IMG/VR virus record: IMGVR_UViG_3300046823_000179
Span: 1 to 47,285 of that record
Reading direction: 5' to 3' (one strand)
Origin: a virus
Taxonomy: Duplodnaviria; Caudoviricetes
Length of the DNA: 47,285 nucleotides
A model generated the notes under the pieces. That model saw only the letters and a list, made by a program, of their open reading frames with translations, ran no database searches and was not told where the DNA came from. Positions 25,563 to 32,871 of the stretch are shown here, one piece after another (the first letter of the stretch is position 1; every line of letters begins with the position of its first letter). Made by a program: the position numbers and the translations under genes.

Positions 25563-28500
25563 CAGATCTTGCCCTTGCGTTTCAGGTCATTTACCGACGC
25601 TTCCAGCCAGGTCTGCACTTCCATGCGCGACCCGATCACGCCGTGGTTTTCGAGGACCACGGTCACGCCACCCCCGCCGCCGGCGCCGTTCTGCCACATC
25701 GGGGTGACCCGCTCCGGCTGGTAGTTCTCGCCGAAGCTGTAGGTCCGGCCGGACGCGCCGACGCCGAAGATCGGCTCACGGATGGTGCCGCCGTTCTTCA
25801 TCGCCCAGTGGTCGTGGGCGTTACCGCCGGCGAAGTTGTGTTCGTTCTCGATCAGCGCCGAGTAGTGGTGACGTGCGCCGTTGTGGATGTTCAAGCGCTG
25901 CCACGGCGTGATCAGTTCCTTGGTGGCGCGCATGAAGTGCAGGTTGATCCACTCGGCGAGCGGCAGGCTCGGCGCGAAGTCGACCGCCCGGCCGAAGCCG
26001 TGGTAGCTCTTGTTGCCCGTCAGGGTGATCGCGCCAGGCCGGTAGTCGGAGTAGATCGGCATGCCCGGGAACGCCATCCGGACGACCGCTTCCATCCATT
26101 TGTAGCCGGGGCCGCCGCCACCGCCGGGAGCCGAGAAGAGCGGCGTCGGCACCTTCGTCTTGCTCGCGTTCACCGGATACGGCCACACCATGCCGCCGCC
26201 GGCGTAGCCCGGCACCTGGCCGGACGCGTTCATCGAATCGAGCAGGCCGGGAGCCTTCGCCTCAATCGCCCGCCGCGACGACTTCTTGATGACGTACTCG
26301 TCGGCGTGTACGACGCCGGCCTCGTCGTGTGTCGCGCCGGGTCCGGTCCAGCCGCCGGAGGAGAAGTTTCCGTTGAGCCGGCCGATGGTGTTGGCGCTCT
26401 TGAGTGCCTGCTGCATCGCCGACAACTTGCGCAGCTCCGACTCAACCTTGCCCTGACCAGTGACCCTCAGGTCAGCCGCGTACGGGCCCGCGAAGTGGTT
26501 CGCCGCGGTGTACGCGTCGTCGAGCTGCTTCTTCGCCGCCACCGCGCCCGGCGCCGACGCCTTGGCCACGTAGTTGCCGCTGTAGTTGTCGGCCGCCTTC
26601 TTCGCGTCCTTGAACTGCCCGGTGAGGATTTTGATCTCGGCGTCGGTCGCGCCGGCGTGCTTCAGCGTGCTGATCAGAGCCGGTGACAGCTTGCCGTTGA
26701 AGTTCTGCGACACGTCCCCGACTGCGCCCTGCAGGGCGATCGCGGCGAGGGTGAATTCCTGGGTGGCGGCCTTGGCTTCCTTGCTGTTCTTGCCGTGCTC
26801 CTTGATCGCCTTCGTCGCCTTGTCCTGGGCGGTCTTCAGATCAGCCTCGGCCTTGACCAGCCCGAAGACCGGGTCGGTCTCGGCCTTCATGAAGTCGGAC
26901 AGCGACTTGAGCGCGTCACGCTGGCCACGAGCGGCGGCCGCGGCGGCGTCAGCGGCGGTCGTCAGCTTCTTCGTCTCGTCGGCGGCTGGTCCCGCCGCGC
27001 CGGCCAGCGCGTTCGCTCCACCGGCAGCGGCCTGTGTGCCGGCGCCCATCGCCTTGCCGGACTTGCTCGCTTCGTCCGCGGCGGTGTTGAGCTTTCCGAC
27101 TTCCTGATAGGCGTTCGGCAGCAGCTTCGCGAGCTGTTCCGTGTCGATGCCCGACTCACTGAGGACCCGGTTCCACAGGTCAGACGCTTTCACCGCGTCG
27201 CCGGTGGTGGTCATGTAGGAAGTCAGCGCCTGGTCGAGCGCCGCCATGTTCTCTTTGGCCTTGTCGAACGACAGCCCGTAAATCTGGTCGTTCAGCGTTT
27301 TCACCATCGACGACGTGCCGGGGAGCACCGTCGTAAGGGTGTTGAGGCCTTTCCAGAAACCATGGCTTGCCGCATCGGCGGCCTGCGCGTTCTTGCCGAG
27401 GTCTTTCAGGTTGTCGCCGAAGATGTTGCTCAGCTCACCGGTCGTCTTGCCGGTGTCGACGAAATTGGTCAGCGACGTGGTCAGCTGGTCGACGTTGGCC
27501 GACGTCGTGTCGAACAATTTCGCGATCTCGCCGACCACCTCGAGGACTGCCAGCCATACGCCGATCTTCCCGGCGATCGCTGTGACCCGCGACAGCCCGG
27601 TCGCAGCGACCGCGCCGGCCGGACCCATCGCGTTCAGCTCGACGACCGCCGACGCGATCCCCTTCCGCAACTTGACGAAAGCGGCGAACGCCAGCAGAGA
27701 AGCGCCGCCCACGCCGGCCAGAACAGTCAGGGTGGAACTGACCGCAGGAGGCATGGCGAGAAACTGCCCAACCAGGGAGTCGAGCGCCTTCACCAGCACT
27801 CGCAGGCCGCCGTTGGCGCCCGAGCCCGACGAGATGGCCAGGGTTTCGACTGAGCCCTTCAGCCGCTCGATGTCACCGCTGAGGTTGTTCGTCAGGCCAG
27901 CGGCGGTCTTGGACGCATACCCGGCTTCGTTGGTCTTGTTGATCCAGTCCTGGATCCCGGCGCCGCCCTCCTTGTAGAGGACGTTCGCGGCACGGATCGC
28001 GTCGGTGCCGAAGATCTGCGCCAAGGTCTGATCACGCTGCGCCTGAGTCAGGCCGCCGAGCTTCGTCTTGAGCTGCTCGGCCAGGTTGGTGATGCCGACG
28101 AACTTGCCCTGCGCGTCGTAGGCCGAGATGCCCAACTCGTCCATCGCGTCTTTGGTCTTTGCGGCCGGGTTGGCCAGCGCGAGCAGCATCGTCTTGAAGC
28201 TGGTGCCGGCGTCGGAGCCGATCAGGCCCGCGTTCGCGAAGGCGGCCAGCGTACCGGTGGTGTCCTCGATGCTCAGTCCAAACTGGCTGGCGACGAGGCC
28301 GGACTGCGACAGGGCGTAACCCATGTCGTGCACAGAACCCTGAGCTTTACCGGCCGCGGCGGCGAGCAGGTCGGCGACGTGCGGCACCTTCTCGCCGGAC
28401 AGGCCGAACTGCGTCATCGCCGACGCCGCGGTCTGAGCGGCTTCGCCGACCGAGATCTGGCCGGCCGCCGCCAGGTTCAGCGCACCCTTCAGCCCGCCGC

Positions 28501-28888
28501 CGAGAATGTCCTTGGAAGTGAGGCCAGCCTTGCCCAGCTCAGTGATGCCCTCGGCGGCCTGTGTCGCCGAGTACATGGTGTCTTTGCCAGCCTGGAGAGC
28601 GGCTTTGCGCAGCGCGCCCATATTGCCTGCGGCGTCCTGAACGCCCACCGAGACGCCGGACATCGCCTTGTCGAAGTCGGCGGCGGCCTTGATGGCATAC
28701 CCCGCCATGCCCACCAGCGCGATGCCGGCGACGCCTGCGGTGTCGGCGACCTTGTCGAGGTGGCCCTTCGAGGCCGCCTGATCGAGTCCCTTGGAGAAGT
28801 CCTTCGTCGCCGCGCCTGCCCGGGTCAGGGCGGACATGTACTGCGAGACGTCGGCGGTGAGCTTGACTCCCACGGTGCGCAGCGCCAC
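25562..28888 (-). CDS. tape measure protein (TP901-type core) with C-terminal peptidoglycan-peptidase-like domain
   Basis: 1108 aa Ala-rich; YSATQAAEG...GALNLAAAG...GSDAGTSFKTML; C-terminal SYHGFGRAVDF...HDHW. Confidence 0.95.
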   Translation of the reverse strand: MALRTVGVKLTADVSQYMSALTRAGAATKDFSKGLDQAASKGHLDKVADTAGVAGIALVGMAGYAIKAAADFDKAMSGVSVGVQDAAGNMGALRKAALQAGKDTMYSATQAAEGITELGKAGLTSKDILGGGLKGALNLAAAGQISVGEAAQTAASAMTQFGLSGEKVPHVADLLAAAAGKAQGSVHDMGYALSQSGLVASQFGLSIEDTTGTLAAFANAGLIGSDAGTSFKTMLLALANPAAKTKDAMDELGISAYDAQGKFVGITNLAEQLKTKLGGLTQAQRDQTLAQIFGTDAIRAANVLYKEGGAGIQDWINKTNEAGYASKTAAGLTNNLSGDIERLKGSVETLAISSGSGANGGLRVLVKALDSLVGQFLAMPPAVSSTLTVLAGVGGASLLAFAAFVKLRKGIASAVVELNAMGPAGAVAATGLSRVTAIAGKIGVWLAVLEVVGEIAKLFDTTSANVDQLTTSLTNFVDTGKTTGELSNIFGDNLKDLGKNAQAADAASHGFWKGLNTLTTVLPGTSSMVKTLNDQIYGLSFDKAKENMAALDQALTSYMTTTGDAVKASDLWNRVLSESGIDTEQLAKLLPNAYQEVGKLNTAADEASKSGKAMGAGTQAAAGGANALAGAAGPAADETKKLTTAADAAAAAARGQRDALKSLSDFMKAETDPVFGLVKAEADLKTAQDKATKAIKEHGKNSKEAKAATQEFTLAAIALQGAVGDVSQNFNGKLSPALISTLKHAGATDAEIKILTGQFKDAKKAADNYSGNYVAKASAPGAVAAKKQLDDAYTAANHFAGPYAADLRVTGQGKVESELRKLSAMQQALKSANTIGRLNGNFSSGGWTGPGATHDEAGVVHADEYVIKKSSRRAIEAKAPGLLDSMNASGQVPGYAGGGMVWPYPVNASKTKVPTPLFSAPGGGGGPGYKWMEAVVRMAFPGMPIYSDYRPGAITLTGNKSYHGFGRAVDFAPSLPLAEWINLHFMRATKELITPWQRLNIHNGARHHYSALIENEHNFAGGNAHDHWAMKNGGTIREPIFGVGASGRTYSFGENYQPERVTPMWQNGAGGGGGVTVVLENHGVIGSRMEVQTWLEASVNDLKRKGKI

Positions 28889-28919
28889 GGCTCACCCGCT
28901 TTCGTCGTAGAATCGGCAG

Positions 28920-29020
28920 GTGGGCCGCCCTGTGGTGGGGCAAATAGGCAGACGCCAGAACCTCGGCTTCGGCCGAGAGGGAACATCGGTGCGGGTTCGA
29001 ATCCCGTCGGGGCGGCCCGC
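28920..29020 (+). ncRNA. tRNA-like RNA lacking an anticodon loop
   Basis: 11-13 bp acceptor-like stem, D-like loop, T-arm GCGGG-TTCGAAT-CCCGT, UUCG hairpin in place of the anticodon arm, TAGAAT -10 box at 28908-28913. Confidence 0.65.
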
Positions 29021-29445
29021 TACTTCTTCCGGATCGTGGTGCCCCAGAGGTGGGCCGGGCGGTTGGGGTGGTCCTTGTCGCCGTACGTGCCGCGCTGCCG
29101 TTCGAGCAGGGTTCGGGTGGCGTTGCAGACCCGCCAGGACACGTCGAACTCGGCAGCGTCCGGCAGCCGTTCGTCTGCGGTGCACACCTCGAGCGGCCTC
29201 CCGCACTTCGGGCACAGGCCGTCGCGGTAGACGGCCAGCGCGATCAGCTCGGCGCGGTCCTGCTCGGTGTACAGCGGCTCCCGCGTCGTCACCGACCGCA
29301 CCAGGCGGCCCCGCTCGTACTCGTACTCGGTCACCTCGGCCGGCTCACGGCCGTCGAGCCGCGACGGCGGCTGGCCCGCCCGCTCGGCGGCCTCTACTCG
29401 GCGGCGGAAGCCTGCATCAGCCTCGAAGCGGCGGACGAGAAAGGG
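29020..29445 (-). CDS. tail assembly chaperone, -1 frameshift extension (gpT-like part)
   Basis: Frame open from the slippery C CCT TTC (29445-29439): FLVRRFEADAGFRRRVEAAER...EVTEYEY...CPKCG. Confidence 0.8.
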   Translation of the reverse strand, partial: PFLVRRFEADAGFRRRVEAAERAGQPPSRLDGREPAEVTEYEYERGRLVRSVTTREPLYTEQDRAELIALAVYRDGLCPKCGRPLEVCTADERLPDAAEFDVSWRVCNATRTLLERQRGTYGDKDHPNRPAHLWGTTIRKK

Positions 29446-29948
29446 ATGTCGACCTCACCCCTGTTGAGGTACCAGGCGGCGGCGGCCAGCTCCTCGAACT
29501 GCTGCTCGGTGAGCTTCTCCAGCAGCTGCGCCCATGTCTCGTCGTCGAGCTCGGGGTCGACGAGGCACATGCGGGTCAGCGGCTCGAAGCCCTTGTCGAT
29601 GTCGAACCCGAAGACGACGTCCTGCTTCTCGGGCTCGCCGTCCTTGAGGCGGATCGGATGCTCGGCCTTGAACGCGCGGAACGCCGGCGAGGGCAGGCCC
29701 CGGAGCCGGAACTCGACGACACTGTCCTGCATCTCGGCCTCGAGCGCCCGGATGCGTTCGGCGATCTCAGCGGAGCCATTGCCTGCGAGGCTGTTGCCGG
29801 TCTGCTTCTCGGCCTTCTCCAGCTCGCGTTCGGCGGCCTGATGATCGGCGACCAGGTCGCCGCGCAGGCAGATCTCGACGGTGCGCTCCGGCAGCCTCGC
29901 GGCGCCCAGCATCTCCTTGAAGTTCTTCAGGGTGGCCTTGCCGCTCAT
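29394..29948 (-). CDS. tail assembly chaperone (gpG-like)
   Basis: Between major tail and tape measure genes; ends VDIPFS at the slippery site. Confidence 0.85.
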   Translation of the reverse strand: MSGKATLKNFKEMLGAARLPERTVEICLRGDLVADHQAAERELEKAEKQTGNSLAGNGSAEIAERIRALEAEMQDSVVEFRLRGLPSPAFRAFKAEHPIRLKDGEPEKQDVVFGFDIDKGFEPLTRMCLVDPELDDETWAQLLEKLTEQQFEELAAAAWYLNRGEVDIPFSSAASRLMQASAAE

Positions 29949-30017
29949 GTTTCTCCCGCTCCCGATGTCTCCCGATATGAGCGCCCGGCCAGCTCGGGAG
30001 GAGACTGGCCGGGCACG

Positions 30018-30039
30018 AAAAAACCGCCCCGAGAGGCGG
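30018..30039 (-). terminator. intrinsic terminator after the major tail gene
   Basis: CCGCCT-CTCG-GGGCGG followed by T6 on the minus strand. Confidence 0.75.
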
Positions 30040-30059
30040 CGACTTGAAGTGGTTGCGGA

Positions 30060-30554
30060 CTACGCGACAGCGGCCCGGAGCGACGGGCCGGTACCCGCAG
30101 CACCGGCGGTGATCTTGATCGGGATCTCGTACCGCTCGAGCGAGTTCGGCTCGAAGTCGACGCGCGCGGTCTCGCCGCACTTCGCCGGGTAGACCTCGAC
30201 GCCCTGCGCCGACGCCCACGCGGTAGCCTGCGCGACCGACCGCCGGACCACGAGGAAACCCGCCGTGCCCTTGGTCAACGTGTTGAAGATCGTGTCCGTG
30301 GACGTCTGCTTCTTCAGCCGCAGCTTGGTGCCCGAGAACGACACTCGGCCGTTGTCCACGGCGTTGAACGTCGACGCCAGCGACGACACGTCGATGTCGG
30401 CGGTGTCCGGCTGAAGGCCCATCAGGCCATCGGCGGTGATCGTCGAGGTCAGATCGATACCGGCGTTCAGCTCGGTCGCGGTCGGGGCGTTCTGGGACGC
30501 GATGGACGTAACCCAGTAGGCCCGGATATTGCCATCAGCGGGGATGTCAGCCAT
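30060..30554 (-). CDS. major tail (tube) protein
   Basis: DG...WV..IA...APTATELNAGIDL...GFLVVRR...VEVYP..CG. Confidence 0.85.
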   Translation of the reverse strand: MADIPADGNIRAYWVTSIASQNAPTATELNAGIDLTSTITADGLMGLQPDTADIDVSSLASTFNAVDNGRVSFSGTKLRLKKQTSTDTIFNTLTKGTAGFLVVRRSVAQATAWASAQGVEVYPAKCGETARVDFEPNSLERYEIPIKITAGAAGTGPSLRAAVA

Positions 30555-30558
30555 TCAC

Positions 30559-30873
30559 CTACTCCTTGATCTTGTCGCCGCTGGTGGCGGACACCTTGGC
30601 GGAACTCTTGGGCGGCTCGGCGACCAGGCCGGAGTCCCCGGGCGGCGGGCCAGGCTTCCAGCCCAGGCCTCCCCAGTCCTCGACCGCGCCGTACGGCAGC
30701 TGGCCGGGACCGATCTCCGGGTTCTCGTTCACGACGCACACCTGATCGGTGCTGCCAGGCTCGTCGGCGTCGACCCAGGCGTGGACCTTGGTCCACTGGT
30801 CGCGCTCGGCCGCGCTGTCGACCAGGGCGTAGATGCCCCGGACGTCGCGGATCCAGTAGCTCTGATTGGGCAT
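30559..30873 (-). CDS. hypothetical virion-operon protein
   Basis: 104 aa ORF with RBS. Confidence 0.65.
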   Translation of the reverse strand: MPNQSYWIRDVRGIYALVDSAAERDQWTKVHAWVDADEPGSTDQVCVVNENPEIGPGQLPYGAVEDWGGLGWKPGPPPGDSGLVAEPPKSSAKVSATSGDKIKE

Positions 30874-30882
30874 CGCGCGCTC

Positions 30883-31215
30883 CTAGGCGGAATAGATCTC
30901 GTACGTGACGCCGGTCAGCGCCCCGGAGAAAGTCACCGTCGCGACACCCGCGCTGTTCATCGCGCCCCGGGGGACGAGGATCATCCGCACGCCGGTGGCC
31001 GGCGCGGCGACGGGCGTGACCGTGCCCGGGTTGCTGATGTCCGTGAAGGTCGGATCCTGGATGGCGACGTTGGTGGCCGTGCCCGTGGTGATCACGCGCA
31101 GGTACATGCCGGCGGGCCCGAAGGCGCTCACCGGGAACGTGTCGGACGCCGTCGGAGTGATCGGCACCGGAGTCGTCCCCGTAGTGACGACCGACTGGGG
31201 AGTCTGGAGCGTCAT
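30883..31215 (-). CDS. Thr-rich beta-type structural/decoration protein
   Basis: 110 aa Thr/Val/Pro-rich with AGGAGG RBS. Confidence 0.65.
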   Translation of the reverse strand: MTLQTPQSVVTTGTTPVPITPTASDTFPVSAFGPAGMYLRVITTGTATNVAIQDPTFTDISNPGTVTPVAAPATGVRMILVPRGAMNSAGVATVTFSGALTGVTYEIYSA

Positions 31216-31307
31216 CCGACGCGCCTCCTAAAGTGCGTGAAATCGGACAGGGAATCCGCCGAATGACGGACGGTGATCTCATGCGCGCGGGCCGTACAGT
31301 GACCGGC

Positions 31308-31634
31308 ATGAGTGCAAGCACCTCGGACCAGCGGATGGTCGAGGAGTTCCTGGCCGGGGCCGACGTCGCCGACATCGCCGCGCGCTACGCCGTGCCAGAG
31401 GCATACGTGGACCGGGTCATCGAAGAGACCCACCTCGACAAGCCGCGGCGGTCCTGGAGCCTCACGCTGCGCGGGAACCGGATCGTCCTAGCGCTCGCGG
31501 TCGCGTGGATCGCCTGGCTCCTGCTTCAAACCCCAGCCCTGTACATGGAAAACCCCGGCGCGGTCGTCTTCTGCCTGCTCGTCGGGCTTGTCTTCTACGC
31601 GATCATCAGCGCGACCGTCGGCCGCCGCCGCTAG
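31308..31634 (+). CDS. moron-like membrane protein antisense within the tail operon
   Basis: TACAGT 7 nt before ATG; N-terminal HTH-like segment and two TM helices. Confidence 0.65.
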   Translation: MSASTSDQRMVEEFLAGADVADIAARYAVPEAYVDRVIEETHLDKPRRSWSLTLRGNRIVLALAVAWIAWLLLQTPALYMENPGAVVFCLLVGLVFYAIISATVGRRR

Positions 31635-32071
31635 CCCGGAACCGCGGTCCACCCGTAGACATCCACCTGGTCGAACACCGTCGACCCGGGGATCTCCTCG
31701 TTGCGCTGCGGCGGCATTCCCTCGAGCCAGCGGATCGGGAAACACGACCAGCCCGCCACGCTCAGCGTCCGGTCCAGCACCGCCGCCCGGAACCTGCCGG
31801 CCACCGCCCGGGCCGCCCGGGCCGATTGCGGGTCGGCGCCGACGGAGTGGACCACCGCCCGGCAGTTGATCGCCGTGGACGCCAGCGTCAGCGAGATCTT
31901 GTCCGGGGCGAGCGTGCCGTCCGGTGTCTCGATAGCGAAGTAGACCAGCGAGTACGGTGCGACCACACCGTCGTCAACCTTGCCGTCGAGCACGACCAGC
32001 GACGGCGAACCGGGCGCCGCTTCGGCCAGCGCCAGGAACGCGTCGAAGTGGTCCTGGATCGGCCAGCCCAC
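31631..32071 (-). CDS. tail terminator
   Basis: VLDG...PYSLVY...HSVG...AVLD; canonical position. Confidence 0.75.
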   Translation of the reverse strand: MGWPIQDHFDAFLALAEAAPGSPSLVVLDGKVDDGVVAPYSLVYFAIETPDGTLAPDKISLTLASTAINCRAVVHSVGADPQSARAARAVAGRFRAAVLDRTLSVAGWSCFPIRWLEGMPPQRNEEIPGSTVFDQVDVYGWTAVPG

Positions 32072-32457
32072 TAGAGACCCAGCGCTTTCACGGCCAGGTC
32101 CTCGAGCGCCTTGACGAACTTTGGCTCTTCGGCGTCGGCGGCCGGGCGCATGAACGGGATCGGCGCACTGTGCAGGCCGCCGTACTCGGCGATGTGCGCG
32201 ATGTTGCCCTGCGGCTTGGCGTGGTTCGGGCCGATCTCGGCGGCCGGGCCCTTCAGGCTGTGGTACATGTCGAAGTCGATCGAGGCCGGGACGCGGCGGA
32301 ACCGCGGATGGCCGGAGATCCGGCGGGCCGCGTCCCGCTTGATGTTCATGGCGCCCTTGAAGACGACGGCCTCGGTGTCGGCGAGCGCCGGAGCGGACGC
32401 CTTCGTGATCGCATCGGCCAGCGCCCTGACCTCGTGGGTGTCGAACTCGATGCCCAT
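32071..32457 (-). CDS. HK97 gp10-like neck/tail-completion protein
   Basis: AEIGP...IAHIAEYG...PIPFMRPA. Confidence 0.8.
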   Translation of the reverse strand: MGIEFDTHEVRALADAITKASAPALADTEAVVFKGAMNIKRDAARRISGHPRFRRVPASIDFDMYHSLKGPAAEIGPNHAKPQGNIAHIAEYGGLHSAPIPFMRPAADAEEPKFVKALEDLAVKALGL

Positions 32458-32861
32458 CAGGACCCCGTCTTCTCCGTGCAGGACACCCGGCGGGCCGTCG
32501 GCTCGCTCTTGTGAGCCAGGTCGTGCACCAGGAACGTGCGGCCGACGAGATCCTGGTCGTTGACCGAGGCCGTGATCAGCACCTGGTCGCCGACCTTCAG
32601 GCCCTCGGTGCCGGCCACGGGAAGCTGGACGTCGATGCGCTGCTCGAGGATGTAGTCCTGGCCGACGTCATGCGGACGACCGATGCCGGTGATCTGCTGC
32701 ACGCGGCACTTCCCCGCGTAGAGCTGGGTGTAGGACTGCGTCGGGTAGCCGGTGACCGGGTCCGTCGTGCCGCCGACATTCGCACGCCGGATCGTGCACG
32801 CGTCGGCCATGCTGTCCTCGGCTTTGGCCTGGCCGCGGGCGAGGACGGAGGCGCGGGACAT
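32457..32861 (-). CDS. head closure/stopper protein (DUF6093-like)
   Basis: M.DACTIRR...DPVTG...LYAGKCRVQ...LPV...GDQV.ITAS...TARR. Confidence 0.8.
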   Translation of the reverse strand: MSRASVLARGQAKAEDSMADACTIRRANVGGTTDPVTGYPTQSYTQLYAGKCRVQQITGIGRPHDVGQDYILEQRIDVQLPVAGTEGLKVGDQVLITASVNDQDLVGRTFLVHDLAHKSEPTARRVSCTEKTGS

Positions 32862-32871
32862 CGGGCCTCCT

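Noticed and set aside
28920-29020. Canonical tRNA-Leu
   Set aside because: No 7-nt anticodon loop, over-long acceptor stem and no CCA; kept as a tRNA-like RNA instead
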